From an uncultured Verrucomicrobiae bacterium (GTDB lineage Bacteria; Verrucomicrobiota; Verrucomicrobiia; Chthoniobacterales; UBA10450): DNA of 64,000 nucleotides. The notes beneath the pieces were generated by a model. It was given only the letters and a program-made list of their open reading frames with translations, made no database searches and was not told the DNA's origin. Positions 46,440 through 56,539 of this stretch are shown here, piece by piece. A program made the position numbers and the translations under genes. Position 1 is the first letter of the stretch; every line of letters starts with the position of its first letter. The DNA is taken from assembly GCA_963735805.1 (NCBI GenBank), contig CAVTMK010000002.1:992001-1056000 (forward strand), given 5' to 3'.

Positions 46440-49400
46440 ATGAAAAAGTCTCTAGTGCAAGCTTCCCCGGCAGGACTGATTTTCCTTTGTTCGCTCGTTG
46501 GCACAGCGCCCTTTGTTGCAGCAGATCAACTTCAAAAAGCACGCGTGTCGCAGGTAGTCCAGGACGTACGTTTGATGGAAGCCCATGGCGGGCCGCGTCC
46601 GGCGGCCGTGAACGATACAGTCACGCAGCAGATGGGGGTGCGCACAGGCGTCGAATCACGCGCGGAACTGACTTTCACCGATCTGACGATAACGCGACTG
46701 GGCGCAAACACGATTTTCAGTTTTAAGCAGGGCGCGCGCGAAGTTGATCTGACGAGTGGTGCTGTTCTTCTGCAGATTCCGCCCAAAGCACCGGCAGTAA
46801 AGGTCAGCACATCGGCAGTTACCGCGGCAGTGACCGGTGGAACGGCTCTTTTTTCCACAGGCCCACCGACGAAATTCATGGTCTTGGAAGGGATCGGCAC
46901 GTTCTTTCCCACTGGTCATCCTGAAAGAGCTGCGACCATAAATGGCGGCGAAATGATGACGATGACGGCAGACGGGCGCATGACGAGACCAGAGAAGTTT
47001 GATGTAAAGCTAGTTCTCAAGACGTCGCGTTTGATTAAGGATTTTCCGCCGCTCGAAAACATGCCGTTAGTAATGGCAGTCGTGGACCTTCAGGTCGCAG
47101 AGCAGCAATTAGCTGGTTTAAACAGCCAGGCCCTGGCCAGAAACCTGGTAAACGTGATTGGCACGACGGATCAAAACACGAACTCGAATCCTGCTGTTTT
47201 AGTAGACAACTCGTCCCCGCGTCCGACGCCGCCACCAATAACGCCCACTCCTCCCCCGATAACGCCCACCCCGCCGCCGCCGACTCCAACGGCATCGCCG
47301 TCAGGAACGCCAATTAAATTTGGTACGCCCAGCACCATCAGTTCCCCCAATCCCTACCTGATAACGAGCGACACTGTCATTACGACGGATCCCTCGATCA
47401 CTACGAACGGCGTGACGGATTACGGCAAGATTTATCGTGGACAATCGATTGACGGTCCTGTCTCTGCGTGGGCGTTCGGATCGACATCGGCTTTTGACAC
47501 AGCAAGCGGTTTCGATGGCCTGATTGGCGATAATTCCGGGGCGGCGTTCAAGTTCACTGCGCTCCAGCTAACGGGTGATCCAATGATCGACACGACAAAT
47601 GGCGAAATCAATCTGGGTCTTATCGCGGTTAACGGCATTACTTCCGGCGGTCCAGGCGGTGTGTTGACCTTCTCGGGTATCCGCGGGCTATTGCTTGCGA
47701 CGCAGAATGGTCCGATCACTTTGGGTCCCGAAATCTCCTTCTCCGGTTTGCACGATCTGACAATTTACGCGCGCGGTTCCGGCAGTGACCTGACACTGGG
47801 TTCCGATATCAACACATCGAGCCAGGTCCGCCTGTTGGCCGAACGCGACATGTCGATCACGTCGAGTATCACAACGGAAGATTTATATGTGTTTGTTGGA
47901 CGCAATCTGAATTGGACCAACCTGACTTCCAACGAAACTGCGTCTGATTCTAACGGCAATGTGAGTATTTCTGCCGGCCAGACATTTAATGTTGCAAATG
48001 ATCTGACGATCATTCGAAGAAACGGGGGGACTACTTCGGGTCTCAATATCCTTCTTCAGGCCGGCAACGACCTGTTAGTCGGCGGCAACCTTTCAGTCGC
48101 CACCGATATTAGTAATTTAACAAATGGGGGCAACATCGGTATTGCAACGGGCAGAAATCTTACCGTGGATGGATCGCTTGGGTTGCTGACAGCGGCGATC
48201 GCACCATCAGGAAGCGTGCAGAGCGGTGGAAATGTGACGCTCGCCGTCGGCAACGACCTGACGACTCACAATAATGCCAATTCCGCAGGAATTGACCTCG
48301 AGATAATCACGCCATTTCAGCAAACAATTAATTCCGGCGCGAATCTGGTTTTAGCCATCGGACATAATCTGGTTACGGACCCGGGTGGCGATACGACCCT
48401 TTTCGTCAACAACGACGTGAACCGCGTCGTCAATGGAGGGAGAATTCTCGGTACGATCGGAGGGAATCTTCAGACCAACGATCTAACGGTCGGACTCTCA
48501 AACAATGGGGGAGAAATCGACACCGGAGGAAATGTTAGCCTGGAGGTCTCCGGAGATATCACAGCTCAGGGCGACTCTATTTTCGAAATCCAAAACCAAG
48601 GTGGAACAATGGGGCAGAACGCCCGGGTGCAGATAGCTGCAGCCAACATTGACGCAGACTCTTTGTTGGCCCAGATCGACAACAGCCACGGAGGTGTCAT
48701 CAGCGGACCCGCTGTCATCAATATGAACGTAGCTGGCAACGCTAACGTGACCAATGATGCGACACTTGCCATCTACGGCAGCGATGGGGCGATATCTAGC
48801 GCGATTCGAATTAACGATGGTGATTACAACGTCGGGGGCACTTTTCTTAGCTATATCGACGGGAATGGAGCAATTACCTTCAATAGCGCCAGCGCTCACG
48901 CAGATATACTCAAAGCCGGCGTATTTGGCGCAAACGGCGTGCTCAATATCGGCGGTGGCAATCTGTCGGCTGACACGATATTGAAACTCTACGCTCCTGG
49001 GAGCAATGGCCAGCTCAACTTTGTTTCTAACGTTACCCTCGGTGGGAACAGCGCCAAGATTCTCGCGGCGAATTCAATTACGATATTCGACAACGTTGTA
49101 GTTACTATTGGCGGCGGCGTTCCGGCTTCTGTCTATACAAATAACCCTAATTACTCGGAACAGTGGGGCGGTAATGGTAGTACAACTGGCACGTTCGCTG
49201 GCGCGGGCGCGAAGCGGCCACAGCCGCTGTCCGAAGCTCCGCCATTCGGTGGTTCGTCGCCCGGTAGTCCGACCCATGGAAAAAGGATGACGAAAGTGAT
49301 CAATATCAAGAACACCGACCAGTTACTTGGCTTACTCGATGGCGGTGTCCTCGGCCCCGACGGAAGGCTAAGATTCCCCCGCCAGGGGCATCGCCACGGA

Positions 49401-49526
49401 GCAAACGCAGATCGCATCAATTTCAATCGTGTGATGAAAGCAGACCGCGACATGGCGGATATTCGACGCATTCGCGATCATGGTGTGGTTACTAATCGTC
49501 TTGGTAACGCGACGCGACCGTTCTAG
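46440..49526 (+). CDS. Large secreted protein: FecR domain, Pro/Thr linker and Gly/Asn-rich beta-helix-like repeats
   Basis: TGVESRAELTFTDLTITRLGANT FecR pattern; PTPPPITPTPPP linker; repeats such as GGNVTLAVGNDLT. Confidence 0.85.
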   Translation: MKKSLVQASPAGLIFLCSLVGTAPFVAADQLQKARVSQVVQDVRLMEAHGGPRPAAVNDTVTQQMGVRTGVESRAELTFTDLTITRLGANTIFSFKQGAREVDLTSGAVLLQIPPKAPAVKVSTSAVTAAVTGGTALFSTGPPTKFMVLEGIGTFFPTGHPERAATINGGEMMTMTADGRMTRPEKFDVKLVLKTSRLIKDFPPLENMPLVMAVVDLQVAEQQLAGLNSQALARNLVNVIGTTDQNTNSNPAVLVDNSSPRPTPPPITPTPPPITPTPPPPTPTASPSGTPIKFGTPSTISSPNPYLITSDTVITTDPSITTNGVTDYGKIYRGQSIDGPVSAWAFGSTSAFDTASGFDGLIGDNSGAAFKFTALQLTGDPMIDTTNGEINLGLIAVNGITSGGPGGVLTFSGIRGLLLATQNGPITLGPEISFSGLHDLTIYARGSGSDLTLGSDINTSSQVRLLAERDMSITSSITTEDLYVFVGRNLNWTNLTSNETASDSNGNVSISAGQTFNVANDLTIIRRNGGTTSGLNILLQAGNDLLVGGNLSVATDISNLTNGGNIGIATGRNLTVDGSLGLLTAAIAPSGSVQSGGNVTLAVGNDLTTHNNANSAGIDLEIITPFQQTINSGANLVLAIGHNLVTDPGGDTTLFVNNDVNRVVNGGRILGTIGGNLQTNDLTVGLSNNGGEIDTGGNVSLEVSGDITAQGDSIFEIQNQGGTMGQNARVQIAAANIDADSLLAQIDNSHGGVISGPAVINMNVAGNANVTNDATLAIYGSDGAISSAIRINDGDYNVGGTFLSYIDGNGAITFNSASAHADILKAGVFGANGVLNIGGGNLSADTILKLYAPGSNGQLNFVSNVTLGGNSAKILAANSITIFDNVVVTIGGGVPASVYTNNPNYSEQWGGNGSTTGTFAGAGAKRPQPLSEAPPFGGSSPGSPTHGKRMTKVINIKNTDQLLGLLDGGVLGPDGRLRFPRQGHRHGANADRINFNRVMKADRDMADIRRIRDHGVVTNRLGNATRPF

Positions 49527-49607
49527 TTAGTAAGCAACTGGTATTTTCAACCTGCTCATCGATATGGCTGAAAAGATTAGCGCCGTGGACGATGAAAGAA
49601 GCAGCAA

Positions 49608-50597
49608 GTGGTCCTGTTTGTGAGACATCGCCTCAACCCTCATTTGTCCGGGTTGGTCGCGACGTTGTGCGCGCTTTTTTTCACCCTGGCAGATGAGGGC
49701 TGGGCGCAGACGGCGAACCAGGCGCAGTTGACCCGCGAACAGGCTCCGTCGGCCTTTCCTGCCCCTGTGCCGAGCGGGCCGGAAGGTGGAAATGTCACCG
49801 GGGCGCCTGGCGATTCCGAGCTGGGCGAGCAGCAAATCCTCAAACGAGTCGATGAATATCAACCATTCACGATCTCTGCTGGTATGCCCTTTTACTGGAC
49901 GTCAAACGTTGCCCTTACACGAAGCGGGGAGCAGAGTGACTTTGTCGTTGCGCCTTCAGCAGCAGCCTTTTACGAGCCGCGAATCACCAACACGTTGTAC
50001 GGATTAGTCGATGTGCGGGAGCAGCTGTTTTATTACGATAAATTCGACAACTTCAATTTTGGCAGTTTTGATTTTGAAGTCGGCTTAAGATATCTCGTGC
50101 CGCAATGGCATAATCTGCTCTTGCGAATTGAGTACGATTATAACCGGCTGACCGAGAAAAACACGTTTGCAGCCTTTTTTCAAAACCATGCCTGTATCAT
50201 CGACGCGGAGATCCCGTTCCGCTTTGGCCGCGCTCAAACGCTTACTTTGGGCACCGACCTAAATATCAGCATGGCAGCGAGCGAATCGCATCAGGCTCCA
50301 AACATTAACGCGATTTCAGCACAGCGAAGTGATTACGCAGTCTATCTCGGTTATTCGGCGTTTCTCACACGTTCCTTTTATGTCAATGCCGTCGGTACCT
50401 TCGTCGTGCGGCAGTATTATCAGGGAGGTCGCGATGACATTAGCGAAATTCTTGCCTTAACGGCGAACTATCGCGTGAATAAATATCTCACACTGAGTGC
50501 CGTGAGTACATTGGCCGCGAGCCAATCGAACCAAAGCGTTTTCGATTACCAAGTGGCTAACCTCGGAGGCGCGGTGGCCCTACAGGTAAAATTCTAG
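49608..50597 (+). CDS. Outer-membrane beta-barrel protein
   Basis: Signal peptide, alternating aromatic/polar strands and a C-terminal VALQVKF BAM-type signal. Confidence 0.8.
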   Translation: MVLFVRHRLNPHLSGLVATLCALFFTLADEGWAQTANQAQLTREQAPSAFPAPVPSGPEGGNVTGAPGDSELGEQQILKRVDEYQPFTISAGMPFYWTSNVALTRSGEQSDFVVAPSAAAFYEPRITNTLYGLVDVREQLFYYDKFDNFNFGSFDFEVGLRYLVPQWHNLLLRIEYDYNRLTEKNTFAAFFQNHACIIDAEIPFRFGRAQTLTLGTDLNISMAASESHQAPNINAISAQRSDYAVYLGYSAFLTRSFYVNAVGTFVVRQYYQGGRDDISEILALTANYRVNKYLTLSAVSTLAASQSNQSVFDYQVANLGGAVALQVKF

Positions 50598-50632
50598 GGT
50601 TCGCTGGATAAACTGTCCCACCAGCCCGGTTC

Positions 50633-51370
50633 CTAGGGAATAACCAGGGTTTGGCCAACCGTAAGTTTTTTCGGGTCATGAATATTCTTCCGGTTCGCGT
50701 TCAGAATGTCTTTCCAACGCGTGGGCGATTTATAGAACTTCCGCGAAATAGAAAATAGCGTGTCGCCTGACTGAACCGTGTAAGAGCGCTCTCCTTTCCT
50801 GGACGCCAGTTTTTTAGAGCTTGTATCGTTTTCTGGTGATTTGTCCGTCACACTTCGGGCCGGCGCGGCGCGCGCTTCGAGTTCTTTGTGCAAATTAAGA
50901 TTTTCGTTTCGCAAGCGGGCCGCCTCCGACCGGGTGATCACAGAATCGCCGGACAACACCGTTAGCGCGGCGATTTCATCGCGTTTTATGGAGTTTTTGA
51001 CGTCGGCAGCGTGAGGGCCAGTTGGACTCAATACCAAATAACGTTTGAAATGATGCAGCGCACTTACCGGATCGTTCAGTTTGTCGTCATAAAGAAGAGC
51101 CAGTTTATAATGGACCTCAGCGTTCCGGGTGCTCTCGGAGTCGTCGAGCGCGGCTTCATACAAATTGATTGCGCGCGTAAAGTCTCCTTGCGCCGATTTG
51201 GTATCTGCGTCCTGAACTAACTGTGTGTGGCGCGAAGCGCCCAGGCGATCGCAGCCGGCCAAACCGAAAATGAAAAAGACCGACAGCCAAGCGCAAGCGG
51301 TGATTGTCTTTCGTGACAGCAAACAGCCTGAGCACGATCGAACGGACCGAAACTTGTCAGTGCAGGACAT
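50633..51370 (-). CDS. Lipoprotein with TPR and C-terminal LysM domains
   Basis: LAGC lipobox, TPR-like AEVHYKLALLY, and YTVQSGDTLFSIS...GQTLVIP LysM. Confidence 0.9.
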   Translation of the reverse strand: MSCTDKFRSVRSCSGCLLSRKTITACAWLSVFFIFGLAGCDRLGASRHTQLVQDADTKSAQGDFTRAINLYEAALDDSESTRNAEVHYKLALLYDDKLNDPVSALHHFKRYLVLSPTGPHAADVKNSIKRDEIAALTVLSGDSVITRSEAARLRNENLNLHKELEARAAPARSVTDKSPENDTSSKKLASRKGERSYTVQSGDTLFSISRKFYKSPTRWKDILNANRKNIHDPKKLTVGQTLVIP

Positions 51371-51390
51371 CGTTGCCAATTTGCTTACTT

Positions 51391-51954
51391 GTGAATCCGC
51401 ACGCACTTCAAATCTTTTTCCTTGGAGCAACATTGTTTTTAGGCTGCGACACGTGTGTACATGGAGCCCTGTCCATCGGAACAACCTATCCGTTCAATTT
51501 TGTCGATATTGACGGGGACAAGCTTTCTACGGCTGACGGACATGTCACCATCATCGTCCTGGCCACGCCTGCAGATCGAGAAAAGGCAAAAGCGGTGGGC
51601 GACCGCGTTCCTGAACATTGTTTGGGCAACCCGGATTATAGGATGATCACAATTATTCGTTTTACGCGACGACACCTTGCGCTCGGACGAAGGATCGCCA
51701 CTGCCCTCGTCCGGCACCGTGTTAATGAAGAGGCCACTCGACTTCAAGCGCGATACAAGGGGAAGGGGATCGAACGTGACGCCCGGAAAGACATCTTCGT
51801 CGTGACTGATTTTGATGGGTCGATCTCGTCGCAGCTTGGCGAATCAACGGGCGCAACGGATTTTTGCGTTTTCGTGTTCGGGCGAAATGGCGAATTGCTT
51901 GCTCAATGGCATGACGTCCCGAGTGCCGAGCAATTGGCCGCGGCGGTAAAGTGA
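51391..51954 (+). CDS. Hypothetical protein, thioredoxin-like fold without CxxC
   Basis: FVDIDGDKLS, VTDFDGSI and FVFGRNGEL pattern of the AhpC/TSA-like fold. Confidence 0.6.
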   Translation: MNPHALQIFFLGATLFLGCDTCVHGALSIGTTYPFNFVDIDGDKLSTADGHVTIIVLATPADREKAKAVGDRVPEHCLGNPDYRMITIIRFTRRHLALGRRIATALVRHRVNEEATRLQARYKGKGIERDARKDIFVVTDFDGSISSQLGESTGATDFCVFVFGRNGELLAQWHDVPSAEQLAAAVK

Positions 51955-51968
51955 TCTCCACAGGTCTC

Positions 51969-53138
51969 TTAATATCTTGGCACGCTGGGATCGATTTGAT
52001 CCGACCACGCATCGATTCCGCCTTCGAGATTATAAATTTTAGTGAAACCACGCTGTTGTAGCAGTCGAACTGCCTGCGCGCTGCGTTTTCCACTGTGACA
52101 ATGAACTATGATCGGTCTCTCCCGTTCCAACTCGTCTAATCGTTCGGTAAAATCTCCCAAAGGGATCAATTTTGAGCCTTCGATTCGGGCAATTTCGTAC
52201 TCGAACGGTTCGCGCACATCGATTAACTCGAAAGGCTCCCCTGCATCCATCCTTCGCTTTAGTTCGTGCGGCGATATCTCCGCCACCGCTCCCTCGTCGC
52301 GCACTCCGCAAAATTCTTCGTAATCGATAGGCGAGAAGATTGACGGGTTTTCGCCGCACACTGGACATTGCGGATCGCACCGCAGATGAAGTTCGCGAAA
52401 TTTTGTCTTAAGCGCATCGAAATATAGAAGACGTCCAATGAGTGTCTCGCCGATACCCAAAATCAGTTTCAATGTCTCAATGGCCTGTAGCATGCCGACG
52501 ATTCCCGGCAAAACACCAAGCACGCCGGCTTGCGCGCAGTTCGGAACTGACTCCGGTGGGGGCGGCTCAGGAAAAAGGCAGCGGTAGCACGGGCCGCCCA
52601 GGTGAGGGGCGAACACGGTTGTTTGTCCTTCGAAGCGAAATACCGAGCCGTAGACGTTTGGCTTACGCGCAAAAACGCAGACATCGTTCGACAAATATCG
52701 CGTCGGAAAATTATCCGATCCGTCAACGACCACATCGTATCCGGACACAAGTTGCGAACCGTTTACACTGGAGAACCGGCACTCGTGTAATTCGATCTCG
52801 ATTCGCGGATTCATATCATGGAGACGATCCCGCGCCGATTCCAACTTGCTTCGGCCGATGTCTTTTGTTCCATGAAGAATTTGCCGTTGAAGATTGGAAA
52901 GATCGACATCGTCGAAATCGACAATCCCGATGTGGCCGATGCCGGCAGCTGCCAAATAAAGCGCAGCAGGCGATCCGAGCCCTCCGGCGCCGATGCACAA
53001 GACACGCGCGGCTTTGAGTCGATTCTGCCCCTCTGATGTCACCTCAGGCATAATGAGGTGGCGCGAGTAGCGTTGCAGTTCCTCGACGTTCAACTGCATC
53101 TCGTTGCTGCGCTTGTCATCAATAATGCTCCGATTCAT
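51969..53138 (-). CDS. moeB: MoeB/ThiF adenylyltransferase with C-terminal rhodanese domain
   Basis: RYSRH, GAGGLG, SNLQRQ, PCYRC and rhodanese CHSGKRS. Confidence 0.93.
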   Translation of the reverse strand: MNRSIIDDKRSNEMQLNVEELQRYSRHLIMPEVTSEGQNRLKAARVLCIGAGGLGSPAALYLAAAGIGHIGIVDFDDVDLSNLQRQILHGTKDIGRSKLESARDRLHDMNPRIEIELHECRFSSVNGSQLVSGYDVVVDGSDNFPTRYLSNDVCVFARKPNVYGSVFRFEGQTTVFAPHLGGPCYRCLFPEPPPPESVPNCAQAGVLGVLPGIVGMLQAIETLKLILGIGETLIGRLLYFDALKTKFRELHLRCDPQCPVCGENPSIFSPIDYEEFCGVRDEGAVAEISPHELKRRMDAGEPFELIDVREPFEYEIARIEGSKLIPLGDFTERLDELERERPIIVHCHSGKRSAQAVRLLQQRGFTKIYNLEGGIDAWSDQIDPSVPRY

Positions 53139-53275
53139 ATGCGAACGGTTACTTTAGCACAACGTCCTGGAACTTTAGCCGGGATCGGTCGACGCCGGTT
53201 TAATTCGACCCCACTTTCCGCGCGGATGGTATCACGCCGAAAGCTTTCGAGGCTGAAAACTCTCCGATGTTAACG

Positions 53276-53833
53276 CTACTCTGTGACCTTTACTGGTGTG
53301 CCGACGGGGGCGTTCTCGAAAAATGTTCTCGCCATTCCCTTTGGTAAGCGAATGCAACCGTGGGAAGCAGCAAAGGGCGGTACGTATCCCTGATGCATCG
53401 CGTAGCCGCCTCTGAAGAACATTGCATACGGCATTTGCGCTCCATCGAAATGTGAGCCCGACGGACGCTTGTCCTTCCGAGCGTCAATGTTTGACCTCAC
53501 CACATTGCCATAATCATCCACGTAATCGCCGAATATCGTTGAGACATGGTCTGGGCTCTTTGAGAGAACAGAATAGCTTCCTGGCGGCGTAGAAAACCCG
53601 GGCTTGCCGGTCGAGACGGTCGATTCGCCAACAAGCCGTTTGCCTTTGTAAAAATAGGCCTTCTGTTCGCCGATATGGACGACAATCCGCGCCGGACCCG
53701 AAGCGCCTTCGTCGTTCCACCAGCCCACTTCGGCAGCGCGAGGATATGGGCCCTCTGGAATGGTCTCACAACCGCAAATGATCGCTGCTATCAGGGCCGC
53801 ACCTGCTATCCGAAGCAAACAGTAAGGGTTCAT
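53276..53833 (-). CDS. L,D-transpeptidase family lipoprotein
   Basis: STGKPGFSTPPG and AMHQG...ASHGCIRL. Confidence 0.92.
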   Translation of the reverse strand: MNPYCLLRIAGAALIAAIICGCETIPEGPYPRAAEVGWWNDEGASGPARIVVHIGEQKAYFYKGKRLVGESTVSTGKPGFSTPPGSYSVLSKSPDHVSTIFGDYVDDYGNVVRSNIDARKDKRPSGSHFDGAQMPYAMFFRGGYAMHQGYVPPFAASHGCIRLPKGMARTFFENAPVGTPVKVTE

Positions 53834-53975
53834 GGAGGCGCATATTTATCCGCGTTTGGTTAGGCCGCTTCAACTTAAATTATAGATTTTCAATCTGGTT
53901 GCCCTTCACCCGTGAATTAGCCACCCGTTCAAGCCGCTGTTTGACGCTGACCGCGTCACAAATACGCTCTTTACC

Positions 53976-54518
53976 ATGCCCACTGTGCAACCGCCGATTG
54001 ATTTAGAGAGTTGGATCGACAAAAACCGCGAGAAATTTAAACCACCGGTGAGCAATCGCTATCTCTACGACGGCCGCGATTTTTTCGTAATGGTCATCAA
54101 AGGGCCGAACGCGCGGAACGACTTTCACCTTGTCGATTCGGAAGAGTATTTCTACCAGCTAAAGGGCGACATTAAGGTGCGGGTCCGCGAAGGCGACCGC
54201 ATCGTGGATCATGTCGTCAGAGAAGGCGAAACATTCTTTATACCGCCCAATGTACCGCATTCGCCCCAACGCCCATCGGATACGATTGGTGTCGTGGTCG
54301 AACGCCGCCGGCCGCCCGGAGAGAAGGAGCACGTTATTTTCTATTGTGAAAATTGCGGCTCATTAGTGGAAGACATCCATTTCGACTGCGCAGATATCGT
54401 GGAGCATTTCAGCAAGGCGATGGTCGATTTCTGGAATGACGACACGCGTCGTACCTGCAAGAAGTGCGGTACAAAGGTCGAAAAACCAGAGCCAATGAGA
54501 TCGCTTCAGGACGTTTGA
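53976..54518 (+). CDS. nbaC: 3-hydroxyanthranilate 3,4-dioxygenase
   Basis: GPNARNDFH...EEYFYQLKG, VPHSPQR, and a rubredoxin-like CENC...CKKC. Confidence 0.95.
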   Translation: MPTVQPPIDLESWIDKNREKFKPPVSNRYLYDGRDFFVMVIKGPNARNDFHLVDSEEYFYQLKGDIKVRVREGDRIVDHVVREGETFFIPPNVPHSPQRPSDTIGVVVERRRPPGEKEHVIFYCENCGSLVEDIHFDCADIVEHFSKAMVDFWNDDTRRTCKKCGTKVEKPEPMRSLQDV

Positions 54519-54568
54519 ATCGGCACCGAACGCTTTCGGAGTTCACAGAATCGCCCTAAAATTCGCGC

Positions 54569-55606
54569 GTGAAGATCGACCTGCATACCCACATTCTGCC
54601 GCGCAACTGGCCGGACCTCGACGCGAAATACGGCTACGGCGGATTCGTCAGGCTTGATCATTATCAGCCGTGTTGTGCTCGCATGATGATGGGCGACCGC
54701 GTTTTTCGGGAGATCACCGACAACGTGTGGGATCCTGCGCGGCGGATCGAGGAATGCGATCGCGACCGTGTTTCGATGCAGGTGCTTTCGACTGTGCCGG
54801 TGATGTTCAGCTACTGGGCTAAACCTGCTGACGCATTGGATCTTTCCCGGCGACTAAACGACCACATTGCCGGAGTTGTTCGTGATCATCCGAAACGATT
54901 CGCAGGCTTGGCGACAATCCCGATGCAGGATCCGGATCTGGCAGCAGGCGAACTGGAGCGATGCGTCCGCGAGCTGGGCTTGTGCGGCGCCGAGATCGGC
55001 ACGCACGTGGATCCAAATCCGCATTCCGGGCGAATCGACACCTTGAATCTGGACAATGCGTCGCTTCAGCCCGTCTGGAGCACCGCCGAACGCCTCAACG
55101 CAGCAATTTTTGTTCACCCCTGGGACATGTTAGGCAAGGAACGGATGCCCAAGTATTGGCTACCATGGCTTGTTGGGATGCCGGCTGAAACCTCGTTGGC
55201 GATCTGCTCGATGATCTTTGGCGGTGTGTTCGAGCGCTTTCCCAAGCTTCGTGTTGCTTTCGCCCACGGTGGCGGAGCATTTCCGTTTAGCATTGGTCGC
55301 GTCGAACGCGCGTTTCATGTGCGGCCAGATCTGGTCGCGGTAGAGAACAGTACAAATCCACGCGCATATCTTGCTTCCGGCAAGACGCCCGCGCGATTCT
55401 ACGTCGATTCGCTTGTTCACGACACGGATGCGCTGGCCTTTTTAGTAAAGCTGTTCGGCGCGCAACGCGTCGCGTTGGGATCCGATTACCCATTTCCGTT
55501 AGGCGAGGCAAAACCAGGCCACCTAATCGAATCGACAAAACTTTCAGCGAAAGAGAAAGCGCAACTGCTCTTCGGAACTGCGCGCGAATTTCTTGGCCTT
55601 TGTTAA
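54569..55606 (+). CDS. nbaD: 2-amino-3-carboxymuconate-6-semialdehyde decarboxylase (ACMSD)
   Basis: IDLHTHILP, LSTVPVMFSY, FVHPWDM, WLVGMPAET, GSDYPFPLGE; adjacent to nbaC. Confidence 0.92.
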   Translation: MKIDLHTHILPRNWPDLDAKYGYGGFVRLDHYQPCCARMMMGDRVFREITDNVWDPARRIEECDRDRVSMQVLSTVPVMFSYWAKPADALDLSRRLNDHIAGVVRDHPKRFAGLATIPMQDPDLAAGELERCVRELGLCGAEIGTHVDPNPHSGRIDTLNLDNASLQPVWSTAERLNAAIFVHPWDMLGKERMPKYWLPWLVGMPAETSLAICSMIFGGVFERFPKLRVAFAHGGGAFPFSIGRVERAFHVRPDLVAVENSTNPRAYLASGKTPARFYVDSLVHDTDALAFLVKLFGAQRVALGSDYPFPLGEAKPGHLIESTKLSAKEKAQLLFGTAREFLGLC

Positions 55607-55638
55607 GCGTCAAAACGCTCAACGGGATGTTTCACGCG

Positions 55639-56427
55639 CTACATTTCGTGTCGGATGGCCCAAAGATCGTGAAATACCGGCTTGAACAATGATTCTTTCA
55701 GAAACGGGACGCCCGGGGATCCACCAGTGCCTTTCTTCGCGCCGATCGTCCGCTCAACCAGTTTGATGTGGCGGTAACGCCACTCCTGCAATCCTTCATC
55801 AAAATCGGTCATCAATTCGAATAGAATCGAACATTCGGGAGAATTCTTGTACAGCTGTAGAACCTCCGCCTGTACACGCTCGTCGGGTTCATTTGGTTTG
55901 GTGAGGTCGCGATTCTTCAATTCCGCGGGAATTTGCGCTCCGCGCGCAGCAAGAAAATCGTAGAAATGATCGACTACAGTGCGTTCCCGGAGCAATTGTT
56001 CCAGCCGAGCATATCCAGGAAAATCCGGCTTGAGATATTTGAGGGTTGATCCGCGTTTGTATCCGAGGGCGAATTCAATTTCCCTAAATTGCACTGATTG
56101 AAATCCCGATGCCGTTTCAAGCCGGTCTCGAAAGCTTGAAAACGACGATGGCGTCATCGTTTCAAGAATATCCACCTGCGCGACCAGGACCTTCATGATT
56201 GTGCGCACGCGTTTGAATGCGTGAATCGCGCCGAAAAGATGGCCTGCCGAAAAATCTCTCTTTATCCTTTCGAATTCATGCAGCAACTGCTTGAACCACA
56301 GCTCGTACGTTTGATGAATGATGATGAAGAGCATCTCATCGTGTTCCGGTGGACTTGACCGCGGTTTCTGGAGTGTAAGCAAGTTCTCCAGATCAAGGTA
56401 ACTCGCATAAGTGAGAGGGGGTGGCAT
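55639..56427 (-). CDS. kynA: Tryptophan 2,3-dioxygenase
   Basis: HDEMLFIIIHQTYELWFK, ASGFQSVQFR, VERTIGAKKGTGGS. Confidence 0.95.
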   Translation of the reverse strand: MPPPLTYASYLDLENLLTLQKPRSSPPEHDEMLFIIIHQTYELWFKQLLHEFERIKRDFSAGHLFGAIHAFKRVRTIMKVLVAQVDILETMTPSSFSSFRDRLETASGFQSVQFREIEFALGYKRGSTLKYLKPDFPGYARLEQLLRERTVVDHFYDFLAARGAQIPAELKNRDLTKPNEPDERVQAEVLQLYKNSPECSILFELMTDFDEGLQEWRYRHIKLVERTIGAKKGTGGSPGVPFLKESLFKPVFHDLWAIRHEM

Positions 56428-56539
56428 AGCCGTGTTGGATATTAGATGCTGGATGCTGGATGATAAAAGCTGTTTCTCTGCAAGTTCGTACCGGCGCTTA
56501 CGGCAGAAATCCAATCAGCGATTCAACGCTTCACCTGCG

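Noticed and set aside
47215..47300. Tandem repeats (CCGCC/ACGCC-rich), also at 30700-30775
   Set aside because: These encode Pro/Thr linkers and are not CRISPR or non-coding repeats.
51969..53138. MoeB/ThiF as part of a ubiquitin-like or defence system
   Set aside because: No sulfur carrier, E2, JAB or cyclase gene is adjacent; the architecture is an ordinary MoeB-rhodanese fusion.
56435..56465. Short heptamer run GATGCTG-GATGCTG-GATGAT upstream of kynA
   Set aside because: Only 2-3 imperfect units; too weak to call a functional repeat.
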